Origin: Hydrolagus affinis
Taxonomy: Eukaryota
Assembly: GCA_012026655.1 (NCBI GenBank)
Contig: JAAILG010001356.1
Coordinates: 1-64,000, forward strand
Length of the DNA: 64,000 bases
Direction: 5' to 3'
The notes under the pieces are model-generated. The model saw nothing but the letters and a program-made list of their open reading frames with translations, was not told the origin of the DNA and made no database searches. Shown in pieces: positions 25,861 to 37,429 of this stretch; position 1 is the stretch's first letter, and each line of letters begins with the position of its first letter. The translations under genes and the position numbers were made by a program.

Positions 25861-26743
25861 GAAGCACAGTGAAAAGCAGCAGTGCCATCGTACCATCTGT
25901 AAACTGTAAAGCAATTAATTTTCAAATAGTTTTCAACCTCTAAATTCAAATGGAATAATTTTAATATTTAACAAAACAATTGGAATAATTTGTCTTAAAG
26001 AAATGCCATGGCAAGTGTGCCTCATCACACTATTGTCTCAATTATAGAAAATAATTCTTTTCAATTTTGCATTGCAATTGGTAAATTGCCAAGACAGTGT
26101 ATTCAACAAATAAATTCTGGGATTAGAGACATGATTGTCAGTAAAGGAAATAAAAGTCTGTTTAGTGCATCAGTAGTTTCAGTCATGGTTAGCTCTTCGT
26201 GAGGTTAGAGAGGCACATCTGTCAAAGTGTACCATGTAACACCATTACACAGCCAGGCTGACCAAATGCTTCAGCAGCTGCTCTCCAGTACAAACAGCAC
26301 CTAGTGAATAGACTACAGTTGAGCTCATCAAACATGACTTTTAAACTAAAGGAAAAGTGAATATTGGAAAGCAGCTGCAATGCTTACATGCAATTATTTT
26401 TATATGACGTTATATGCGATTTTAAGTTTATAGATGTGACAGTAAAATGATGTAGAAACATACCATTTATTCAACTTTCATGGAGACAGAACAGAACCAA
26501 AAACAGGTAGTCAAACGGCTATACTAGGGACTTCTTTGTCATGTGCACGATTGAGAACACAAAACCCAAGGTTCACAACAAGTGCAGTGCACATGTACAA
26601 ATGCACAACTAAAAAGAGACAAAACATCAAACAGAATCCATACAAATCAGACTTTGTAAAGTGCTTGTACATTTAAGTAAAACTGGTTTAAATAATTGTG
26701 TTAACAATTAATTCCCACCCCCACCCCCCCACTCCACATATAG

Positions 26744-26930
26744 GAGGATAACCAGGAATTCAACATAACCGTTCTGAAAACAATGGATCAGAACAAAACT
26801 TGTGAAATATCTGGTTTGAAACCATTCACAAACTATTCTGTAATAGTAACAGCATTCACTGGCAAAGAGGAAGAGGCCCATGTTCATGGTAAAACCAGTG
26901 AGCCTGTCATTGTTAGAACACTTGAAGCAT
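26744..26930 (+). CDS. PTPRQ: PTPRQ exon, FN3 C-half (EDNQEFNITV...LKPFTNYSVIVTAFTG...VRTLEA)
   Basis: atatag/gtaagt, 187 nt. Confidence 0.93.
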
Positions 26931-27057
26931 GTAAGTCTTTCTTCTACTGCTATTAAGACATATTTTTAAATACTTTTGGAAATACATTAGAGCAAGGTCT
27001 CTACCCCCCATTATAATATTTTCAGCATGCAAACTTTGTGGTTATTATGTTATTTGT

Positions 27058-27375
27058 TTAGCTTAGTGGTTAGAGAACTCGCCTCACAAGTGAGAGAACC
27101 TGGGTTCATAACACGAGCAGGGTGATACATTGGGCAAATTCCTCCACATGCCTCAGTTCACCTAGCAGTAAGTAGGAACTCGTGGTTAGTCGATTGGTGG
27201 ATTGCTTTTCCAAGGCTAATAATTCCTTTTAAAAAAATATTAATAATAAATTGGTCAATCCGTGACTGTTTGTGGGACACTGCTGTGCGCAATTGGCTGA
27301 TGCATTTCACCCACAAATATACAGTCAATTAACTTTACAGTATGTTCTGTGAAGTGCTTTGAGATGTTTTGAGAC
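27058..27375 (+). mobile_element. SINE, long variant
   Basis: tRNA-like head, extra segment of about 64 bp (27154-27217), common body. Confidence 0.85.
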
Positions 27376-27493
27376 TAGTTTGAAAATGAATGTAATTTTC
27401 CATAATGTATTGAGATTTATCATTTTGAATTATTGAGCTTTTGAGAACCAAAATAAACCCTACTCATTGTCCATTTTTTTTTAGTGCCTTTAG

Positions 27494-27732
27494 TGCCTAA
27501 AGGTCCACCAAAGAATTTTACTCTTCAGGAGATATCCGATGAAGTGACAAAGGTGCATGTGTTCTTTTTACCACCAAAATCCAGTAGTGATATTAAGGAT
27601 TACCAAGCTATCATTCATAAAGAAGGTGACACTTCCAATTCTCGTGTGGACTGTCTGGTAGTTATTCCCAAAAATGAATTACTTACTGCTGAGATAGGAG
27701 GGCTAAAAGGTGGAAACACGTACACAATAAAA
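27494..27732 (+). CDS. PTPRQ: PTPRQ exon, FN3 (PKGPPKNFTLQEISDEVTK...GGLKGGNTYTIK); alternative in-frame acceptor would start at 27485
   Basis: ttag/gtaag, 239 nt (or 248 nt); ORF 27484..27747. Confidence 0.88.
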
Positions 27733-28205
27733 GTAAGAAACACTTAGATTTATGCATCCTCACTGCATCCTTTTGTTTTCACTGCAAGCAATGTAAATAC
27801 TATTTTTGTTTAAAAAATAAATCCTTTTTAACTTTATTTTCCAAACATAAGAAAAGTATTCAATAATAATAATCATTAAAGCATGTTTCAGTTTTGTAAC
27901 AGTGTTGTGCAACAATCCTAAAAACATTGTGTTATATTTTAAAGCTGTGAATGTGTGCATCAGATTAACATGTGGTACTATATTTGATGAATTGCCTAAA
28001 CATTGGTAGATATTGCTGCTGGTCAGTACACAAGCTGAGCTTTCCCTGCTAGGTTACCAAAATATTCTTTTAATTATCGAGATGATTATAAAACTAAGCA
28101 AGTCACTGTTTAGAAATAGAACATATTTGGCATGTGTTAAGGTTTACTCAAACAATGCAAATTTGTTTCCTGCTTATATTCAAATCTGAAAATGTATTTT
28201 CTAAG

Positions 28206-28275
28206 ATTCGTGCTGTCAATGAAGCTGGATATGGGCCACAGACAAGTGAACAGAGAGTGACAATGGGCATCAAAG
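28206..28275 (+). CDS. PTPRQ: PTPRQ exon (IRAVNEAGYGPQTSEQRVTMGIK)
   Basis: ctaag/gtagg, 70 nt, phase 0-1, completes the last FN3. Confidence 0.9.
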
Positions 28276-28858
28276 GTAGGTTTTCAAACACCATAATGTG
28301 AATAACTTTCCAACCTTCATCAGTTGTTCCAACATTCAAATTGTCATAGTGGAGCTAAAAGGTGAAAACATGTACACCATAAAAGTAAGAAACACTTTGA
28401 TATGTTTCATTTTGAATAAAAAATTTGTACAGATATTTAAAAGATTATTAAAGAGTGCATATCCATCTATAATGAGTTATGCCCACCACATCCATATGAA
28501 GCAAAGCTGTGAACTGAGTGGATACAACCTTATTTTGTGACTAATGGAATGACTGCAAAATCTACTGCAGGGGTGAGATTGTAAATACACAGCATTATGC
28601 TATAATGAGTTCTAAATAGCTGGACCTGGAGACAAATTTACTACACCAAATGTTTTATTAATATCACAATTAAGGAACTATCTGCACAGATCCCAGAGGA
28701 CATGTGAAGATATATTTATATGAAACATTCTGTTTATCACTATAATTAGAATGAAATAAAATAATTAATGAAATAAACCATGTGTACAGCAGATCCAGAC
28801 ATATAAATCTACATTGCCAATGTCATTCTGATCATTGTATCTTCCCCTTCACCCACAG

Positions 28859-29014
28859 CTCCACCTAAACCTGTTCAAAAGCCATCTGTTGCTTTGGACA
28901 GTTTGGGAAAAAAGAAGGTCAAGTCCACTACTATTGAGATCAAAATGCCAATATGTTATTTCACAGACGACCATGGACCCATCAAGGCAATCCAAGTAAT
29001 TGTGACTGAAATAG
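28859..29014 (+). CDS. PTPRQ: PTPRQ exon, juxtamembrane domain (APPKPVQKP...STTIEIKMPICYFTDDHGPIKAIQVIVTEI)
   Basis: cacag/gtagga, 156 nt. Confidence 0.9.
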
Positions 29015-29071
29015 GTAGGAGTGTTTCTTCAGTGGGGTTCCTATTGAGGTTTTAACGCAGTAATGTATATC

Positions 29072-29410
29072 GGTGTCAGCTTGGCTCAGTTGGTAGCAGT
29101 CTCATCTCTAAGTCAGAAGGTTGGGAGTTTAACTCCCAAAAGAGGACTTTGAGTCCACAATCTGGGCTGACACTGTCCACTGTCTAGGCTGGACGTCCTC
29201 CTGACATGAAAAGCTCTATACAAGTGTAATTTTGTTTATTACCTTGACATTCCAATAGTGTGATGGGTGAGTGCTGTATTGTTACAGAAGCTAACCTTCA
29301 GATAAAACATTAAACTCAGGTGCACTTTTCAGGTAGGCATTGAAAATTCCTTTGCACTTTTCAAAAAGAAAAGGGAATTTTATCCAAACAACTGATCAAC
29401 TTGGGTCATT
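29072..29410 (+). mobile_element. Older Deu-like SINE with an inserted L2 tail
   Basis: gtgtcagcttggctcagttggtagca..agtcagaaggttgggagttt..ggctgacact. Confidence 0.65.
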
Positions 29411-29421
29411 CACTTCATAGC

Positions 29422-29717
29422 AATAATAATAATCCTTGCATTTTGATAGAGTGCTTTTCGTGTCTTCTAGATGTCTCAGAATATGCTGTAAAGTGAATTG
29501 ACTGTACACTTGTGGGCGAAACGCAGCAGCCAATTGCACACAGCAGTGTCCCAAAACAGTCATGGATTGAAATGACCAATTTTATTATTGTTTGTTTTTG
29601 AGGGATTATTACTAGGCGTGTGGAGTAAGGAAATTTACCCAAGATTTTGCCCTGCCTGCTTGGATTCGAACATAGGTCTCACACTTCTAAGGCGAGTGCT
29701 CTAACCACTGAGCTACA
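29422..29717 (-). mobile_element. Full-length tRNA-derived SINE
   Basis: Reverse complement of head and tail, as in the other copies. Confidence 0.9.
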
Positions 29718-29762
29718 TAACCGGTTGTGGAATATTGCTATGTGCAAATTACCACTGCATTC

Positions 29763-30215
29763 TTGGGTCCGTCGATATGGAAATTTTCCGATTTAGATAT
29801 ATCGTTGGGCTCATATCGAGATATACCGAAATATCGATATTTTGGGGGTTTTCATACTGCGCATTCAGAGGTGCGCGCGCAACCCCCCCATCTCTATCTA
29901 TCTGTATATATCACATCCACCCCGTCTCTCCCCCCACTTCCCACCCCCCACCCACCCCCCCTGTCTCTCTCCCCCCCACACACCTTGTATACCTGTATAT
30001 TGAATTTGAGGACTATGAATATAATATGGCGACTTTGCACCTCGGTCTGTGCATTGTGTAGAGATGAGCATTCTGGGTCTTGTAGTTCAGTGCGCGCGCA
30101 TCCCGATTTTTTTCGATATATCGACTTTTTCGATATATCGTATTTTTTAAATGCCCATATCGGCGTATCAATATGAAAATTATATCGGGTTTTATCGATA
30201 TATCGCCGGACCCTA
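29763..30215. mobile_element. hAT-superfamily MITE
   Basis: TIRs TTGGGTCCGTCGATAT / ATATCGCCGGACCCTA; perfect 8-bp TSD CTGCATTC (29755-29762, 30216-30223); subterminal CGATAT arrays. Confidence 0.9.
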
Positions 30216-30358
30216 CTGCATTCCCTTACAAATACACAATTACTGTCAGATACACTTTACGGAAACTTTATGGAGCATTTTATGCGTTGAATACAATGCA
30301 AATATTATTATTATTATCATCTTAGCCATCTTGGAATGATGTTAGTATCAAGCCAAAA

Positions 30359-30660
30359 AGTCCTGTTGCTCAGTGGCTGGAGCACTCGCCTCACAAGTGA
30401 GAGACCTGGGTTCAATTCTCGGCAGGGAAAAATCTCGAGCAACTTTCCTTACTCCACATGCCTAATAATAATCCCTCAAGAAAAAAAATATTATTTGGTC
30501 ACTCAATCCACTACTGCTTGTGGGCCACTGCTGTGCGCAATTAGCTTCTGCATTTCACCCACAAATATACAGTCAATTCACTTTACAGTATATTCCATGA
30601 AGCGCTTTGAGATTTCTAGAGGGCTTGAAAAGTGCTTTATCAAATGCAATGATTATTATT
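30359..30660 (+). mobile_element. Full-length tRNA-derived SINE
   Basis: gtcctgttgctcagtggctggagcactcgcc..gggttcaattc..gattattatt. Confidence 0.9.
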
Positions 30661-31114
30661 AATATTATTATTTATAAAATCACAGAGATATACCTTCAGA
30701 ACAGTCCAAAAGAGTTTTTATCACAGTAGACCATATCAGCCTGTGAAAATATATGGAAAAATGTTTGACAGATTGCAAACCTAACAGAGACATAAAAAAA
30801 TACTGCATTATAAATAAATGAATCTTGAACAAGACTTCATTGCAACATGATAATTGTGCAAATATCAATATTTATCGTTTTTCAGCGATCTGTGTTCACC
30901 AGGCTGCTCAGGTTGTTCTGAGTCTCAAACTTCATTTTCACATGCAGTTAATTGCATAGAAGAGGCAGAAGGATTTGGGAAAGATTTAGGAGAGGGGATG
31001 AGGAGAGTTGGAGACTCCCATACAGTAAAGTATAACCACCCATGGGTGAATTAGGACATATAGTTTGATTCCACACTAATGTTCTGTGTAATTTTATGTC
31101 AAATTACTTAACAG

Positions 31115-31340
31115 ATGTCTATGGTGGAAATGTTTCTACATGGTATGAAGCCTATTTAAAGAAGCCCAAACCGTATTTTGCGAATGAAGGATTTGCAAAC
31201 CTACCATGTGGTAACAAAAACAAATATGAACGTGGTGTTAACGAAGAGACATATATCATCGGTGAGGAAAAATCCTGCCGGTCTGCAGGAATTAGAGGGA
31301 AAATCTGCAATGGACCTCTAAAGCCCAATAAAAAGTACTT
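31115..31340 (+). CDS. PTPRQ: PTPRQ exon (VYGGNVSTWYEAYLKKPKPYFANEGF...KICNGPLKPNKKYL)
   Basis: aacag/gtaagt, 226 nt; ORF 31096..31344. Confidence 0.94.
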
Positions 31341-31580
31341 GTAAGTAAAACTTTACTACGATTTGCACCACTGTGAAAGTTAGAATTTGTTTAAATAGAG
31401 TAAAATGGCAGCTTACACATATAGCATATTTATTTGTTCGTTGTTATCTTCATTGACATACATTGCATTAAATTAACTTGTTTTTTATGTTTTCCTACTG
31501 AGATGTCTTGGGAAGCAAATATCTGTTTAAGAATTTCTATAGGTAACCTTTCTACACAATGCACTTTTTTTTTCATTCAG

Positions 31581-31654
31581 GTTCAAATTTCGAGCAACAA
31601 ACTTCCAGATGCAGTTTACGGACTCACTATACTCTGATCCAGTCAAAACCTTGG
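31581..31654 (+). CDS. PTPRQ: PTPRQ exon ([24 protein letters not shown])
   Basis: ttcag/gtaac, 74 nt. Confidence 0.94.
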
Positions 31655-33988
31655 GTAACAATTGCAGCATAGAATCAATATGTGTTCAATTATCTGTGCC
31701 CAATCCACACATTGCCTTTTCATGCACAGCAGTGATGGCATTAGGACTTTACAAACTAAGAGGTGTATTTCAAAACTCCATTAGCGACAGTACAGCAGGT
31801 CCATATTGGCATTGGTAACATCAGGTTCAGACAAATCAACACTGTAATGTGCTCACCATCAATTCTCACTGTCTCACACTGGTCTAAACTCTGTCTGGCT
31901 CAGTGGTGTCAATAAATATGATTTGCTTGTGGGATAGTGGAGTGCATCCTAACCATCAAGTGTTTCAGCTAATGAAACAAAATATGGATCAGCACAGTGG
32001 AGACATTTGAATGGTCATTGTGATTATTTCTTTAATCTTGCTCTTTTTGGGCAGAGAAGATGTAATGGCCTTTTAAACTGCCTGTGCTATATTTACTCTT
32101 TATCCCCCAGTGCTACAGCAAAAAGAAAACACAAGAGCATACCAGAACATTGTAATTAGCATTTAAAATATATCTGCTGCCAAATCAAGCACATTTTCAA
32201 CCACTTAGCACAATGTCATTAGCTTCAGTGCATAGACCATCATTAATTATATCCTGCTCTAAATGTAAGGCCTTTAGAAAGATTTATTAACAGTTAAAGT
32301 AAGACATCATTCTCAGTGGTTATTTTAATTTGCCTTCTTCTGTTCAACGTGATGACTCTTAAATGGGTTAGACACATCTCTCGTGTTTTCAGTAGCAAGT
32401 GATTACTACATTGAACAGGTGTAATTATTGGTTATTAGGATTATTCTTGGCAAGGTCTGCTCAGCATGACCATTTAACATTGCCCATGTGAGACAAGACC
32501 ACAGTAATACAGGCCTAAAGTGCTCATTATTTTTACACATCTAAATAACAAATAAAATTGGTGATTCACTTCATGAATATTTGTGGGACATTATTGTGCA
32601 CCGATTGGCTGCTACATTCTCCTACAAGTATGCAGTCACTACACTTTACAGTAAATTGCGTGAAATGCTTTGAGATGCTTGCAAGTTATATTAAATCTAA
32701 TGATTCTTAATACATAAGCCCATTTCTATGAGGTGCTTTTTACATTATTAAAATCTTGCATTTTTCAGATAGTTTTGATTCACTTCCTTCAGGTGATGAT
32801 TTCAATAGTGTATCGTGAGTAATAAATATTTGTTGAATAATATCAATTAGAGTGCAATATTTCTAAAGCTTTATCTCCATTTAGATTAATTTTGTAATTT
32901 TACAACTAGCGTTTATGTAGCGCATGTAGGGTAGCGTCTCAGAGCAGTGAAACATTCCGTGTAAAGTTTACTATATAAAGACCCTTCAACCAATATAACA
33001 CAAACTACTCCTTTCTGGCCATGAGGTTCACACTGACAGGATTAGTGTCAGCACAATGTAAGCAAGAGGCCTTAGTGATATCAGGGACTGTCTTGGGATA
33101 TGATCATCTGTCTCTAGGAGACAGGGAACATCAGTGAAGTGATATGTAGCTCCCATTCATCCAGAGTGCCTTGTGTTATTTATATTCAATATTATTTACA
33201 TTGTTAAGCTCCTGAGTTCCTCACGGTATATGTCATTGCAAAAAGCAGCTTAAATAGGTCAATTATGCCACCACATTTAACCTCATTAGGTTTGAATGTC
33301 GTTTGAACATTTCCTTCGATCAAATAAAACAACTTAGTCCTATGGAGCTGCCATACCAAAATTTTTAAAAGCAGTTTCTAACCAAAAGTTAATTCCAACC
33401 ATTAATAAACAATAAGAAGAAGCAGAACTAATATTACAGAGGAACCAGAATGCAGAGTCCAATGTGTTTTTTTAAACAGCAGCTCTGATCCACTCAGTTA
33501 AACAAACCTGTATAAACAAGGCTTTGTTGCTTTGCTAAGATCAAAGGTAATGTGGCTACTGCTGGCGAAACAAGTGTCTGTGTTTTCCCAATTGTACTTC
33601 ACATTATTTCCTGCAGTTCTTAGATGTGTTTGTTCATTGTTCAAACTGTTCAAGAGGTCAAATAATTTGAAAACCAGACAGTCCAATCTACACAGTAACA
33701 GTTATACTTACATTATGGGGTTTAAATAGCAAATTGTGAAGCCTAAGCTGGTAAAATCTGAAAAAAGGCTAAAACCAAAACACCATTTAATGAAACATTC
33801 TTACTTTGTAAGTACTGATCCTAGGATGAAAGTGTTCAATTATAAATTTCTTCTATGCCAAAGTTGTTTTTATCAATTTAAATTTCTAACTTATTTATTC
33901 CGATTTGAAAAAAAACATTCTTTGTTGCCACTCTATAAATTTAGAAAGGTTTAATAAAACAATATTCACCGTGTAAATTGATGTAGAT

Positions 33989-34299
33989 ATAATAATCCTT
34001 GCATTTAATATAGCGCTTTTCAAGTCTTATAGATCTCTCAAAGCGCTTCACAGAATATTAGGTAAAGTGAATTGACTGTATGCGACTGTAGGCGAAACCA
34101 TGCAGCCAATTGCGCAGAGCAATGCCACACAAACACTCGTGGATTTGAAAATGATCAATTTATTATTGTTTTTTTTGGAGGAAATATTATCAAGCATGTG
34201 GAGTAAGGAAACTTTCCCAAGGTTTCAACCTGCCAGGAACTGAACCCCGGTCTCTCGCTTGTAAGGCGAGTGTTCTAACCACTTAGCTACAGGACTCCA
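33989..34299 (-). mobile_element. Full-length tRNA-derived SINE
   Basis: aataatccttgcatt...agctacaggactcca. Confidence 0.9.
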
Positions 34300-34619
34300 C
34301 TGCAATATAAATCTAGCAGACAAAATATTAATGACAAAATATTTCAATTCACACCTGTAAATTATATTGACTGAAAATTGCCTTACCAATTAACACATGA
34401 ATAGTAAGCAATTTTTAACCATGCCTGATGAGACCATATATAAAATTTTCTCTTTGGTTTCTGATACAATTGGTTGCAAAACAATCACACAAAAAATCAA
34501 GAAGCCGTAGGGTATTAGATATTCTTTGATGTGAAGATTATGCACACTTTTATGTATTTTGACTGATGCACAGTGACATATGCCCTTATTTCATGATAAA
34601 TGTATTCTTACTATTACAG

Positions 34620-34722
34620 CAGCAGGTGGTCTGTCAGAAAAAGCTATTGAAATCATCCTTGCAGTGACTTTTTGTGCGCTCTCTATCGTGCTCCTTACCG
34701 TGGCTATCATTGTCATTGGAAG
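34620..34722 (+). CDS. PTPRQ: PTPRQ transmembrane exon (GGLSEKAIEIILAVTFCALSIVLLTVAIIVIGR)
   Basis: CAGCAGCAG tandem acceptor (start 34620, 34623 or 34626), gtaaag donor; hydrophobic helix. Confidence 0.92.
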
Positions 34723-35428
34723 GTAAAGTGAACAAACATTGAAACTTCTGGGGATGTTTATATGGGGTCTAAATTGTAGCATCCTCACAGTCCCAACAGA
34801 TAACAGCAATAACCAGCACCTTGGGACATTCTCCTGATGTGAGAGGCACTATACAAATGTAATTGTGGTTCTTATTGATTACTTTCTGCTTCTCAGATTT
34901 GTTTGAGCACAAACACTACAAAGATTCTGCTTTCTAATGTTACCCGCATTTGTGGGTAAATTTGTGGGTAAATACAATGTACACCTTGACTAAAAATAGA
35001 TCCTGTTGATGGGAAGGGTGGATTAATATGGTCGCCCTGAGGTTGAATTTGAGGAGATATGTCTGGAAAAGCCGGGTAGCTCTGAATTAGACCAAAGGGG
35101 AAGAAGAAGAAGAACAAAATTGCATTTGTAGAGCACCTTTCACATCGGGAGGAAACATGTCCTCAACTCAGCAAGCTGTAGAGTGATTAGATAATCATCA
35201 CATTATTTAATGCAGTTAATACAATTGTATTTGTTTTATATGTTATGTCAGGTCTGGGCAATATCAAAATTATTATGTAACAACAACAACTAAAATACTT
35301 TCATATATAAAAGGACAGAGAAGATGGAATACAAATATTGTTAACCTTCAGATTGCTTCCACCTAACCTGTTATTCTCTGTGTCTGGATTGAACTGACTT
35401 TTCACCGTTTATTTAATTTATGTTATAG

Positions 35429-35557
35429 AATAAGACAAAAGCAGAAGAAAGAAGTCACATATTCCCCAAGGGAAGCCGAAATTATTGATACAAAGTTCAA
35501 GCTGGACCAGACGATTGCAGTGGCAGACCTGGAACTAAAAGAGGAGAGCCTAACACG
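35429..35557 (+). CDS. PTPRQ: PTPRQ exon ([43 protein letters not shown])
   Basis: tatag/gtgag, 129 nt. Confidence 0.94.
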
Positions 35558-36880
35558 GTGAGCTTCCGATATGGCAACCAAAGGATCTGTGATCCTGCTT
35601 CTGACCCTATTCTGACCTCTACTTGTTTCGAAGTGTTTGCTTTGCTATTATTTACTGAGGTCACTCAATTCCTTTTTCAAAGGCCAGACTCCATTTTTTA
35701 GGCACTTCATACCAGTGTACATAAAAGCAGTCAATCTCCACTCTGCCTGGAATAAATGCAAGCTCTCACTTGTAAACCTTGGGTGAATTTCACAAATCTG
35801 AACAAAGCAAAGCTTCTTTGATGTTTTGCTAGGTACATGCTGTTTGGCATGTCAACTTGTACTTTTTCTGTGAATTTCCTTACCTGTTGAAATGTAAGAA
35901 AATAGAAGGGATAAAGGATAAGGGAACTCTTTGAAAAGAAGAGTGTGTTATTGGAAGGTGACCATTGAATGAGTAAATATTTTATTTAATAAATTTCCAA
36001 GGCATGTAATCAATGTGATCTGTTTTACATATTCAATTATGCCTTTCCTATTATCTCACATCTTCATATTGACATTTTTGCATGTGAATGGGCTTTTTGG
36101 AGTTCTTTGTTTGAACAAATGTATCTGGAATAATAAGAATTATAAATCGTAGAAGTTCAAGAGTTCAGAAAAATATCCTCGTTATTCTTATGTGTCACAT
36201 TTTGTCAGAAGCTGTGATTAATTATGAATTTAATACTAGACACAGTCATAATAACGGTTTGAAGGCAAGCATGAAACATAAAGTAGAATGCATAAAGATT
36301 ATTTTCAAAAGTAGTTCTAATTGGTTATAATTTTGTAATCATTGGACTATTTGTGATAATAGTAATAATAATTTCATTTGATATCTTTCAAATCTGGAGG
36401 AATTCTCAAAGCACTTCACAGGATATACTGTAAATTGTGGTGACAGTGTAGTTTTGTATAATTCATACAATCTTCAAATGAATGCTATTTTATGTGAAAT
36501 GTAATATGCGAATAAGATCTGATTAGAAGATAATAATAATAATATCTTCAAACAATGGGCAAATTTGTTAACCCATGTGCCTGTTTGTTCTGATTCTTGT
36601 TTCTTGCAAGTTTCTTTAGATGGTGGTTATCGATTAAAGTATTCTTAAAGTAGTACTGTAGTTAGTTGAAAAAGAAAAATGCTCATGTTCGAATGCTGTG
36701 ATTCCAATTAATTTTTCTTTTTTAAAGATGCAAAATATATGATCTGTACAGTCAGGGACAAAGTTAAACAACATGGGCATGTAATGTGTTGAGCTGGTTT
36801 GCACTTTTAAACCTCTTTGTCACATCAAAGCATACCAAAGGACTTCATTAGCAATAGCCACCAAGTGTAGTAATTGAGCG

Positions 36881-36940
36881 CTCTGCGACACTACTCTGCA
36901 TGAGGGGGGCTCTGCAACACTACCCTGCATGGGAGGTGCT
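36881..36940 (+). repeat. Two-copy imperfect tandem repeat of about 29 bp
   Basis: ctctgcgacactactctgcatgagggggg / ctctgcaacactaccctgcatgggaggtg. Confidence 0.7.
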
Positions 36941-37132
36941 TTGATTCCTAGTTGTTGATGTAGTGACTGTTTTCGTAAAACAACTCAGCAACCATTGTTA
37001 ACCAGTGAGGACCTGCAAAACAACCATGAGATGCCCAACCTGTTAATCTAGAGAGTCGTTGGCATGGGCACCGGAAAAAGCTATTTTAATTTTTTCGAAA
37101 AGTTTATTGAATATTTAAGTGTGCTTTTGGTG

Positions 37133-37429
37133 TGGAGTCCTGTAGCTCAGTGGCTGGAATATTCATCTTACAAGCGAGAGACCTGGGTTCAATTCCCAGC
37201 AGGGCGAAACCTTGGGCAAGTTTCCTTCCTCCACATGCCTAACAGTAATCCTTCCAAGAAAAAAACAATAATAAATTGGTCATTTCAATCCACAACTGTT
37301 TGTGGGACACTGCTTTGCGCAATTGACCGCCACGTTTCGCCCACAAACATACAGTCAATTCACTTTATAGTATAATCTATGTCTATAAGATGTGAAAAGT
37401 GCTGTATCAAATGCAAGGATTACTATTAT
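37133..37429 (+). mobile_element. Full-length tRNA-derived SINE
   Basis: tggagtcctgtagctcagtgg..gggttcaattccc..caaatgcaaggattact. Confidence 0.9.

Noticed and set aside
29727-30176. 149-aa ORF inside the hAT element
   Set aside because: No transposase motifs; low-complexity translation of a non-autonomous MITE
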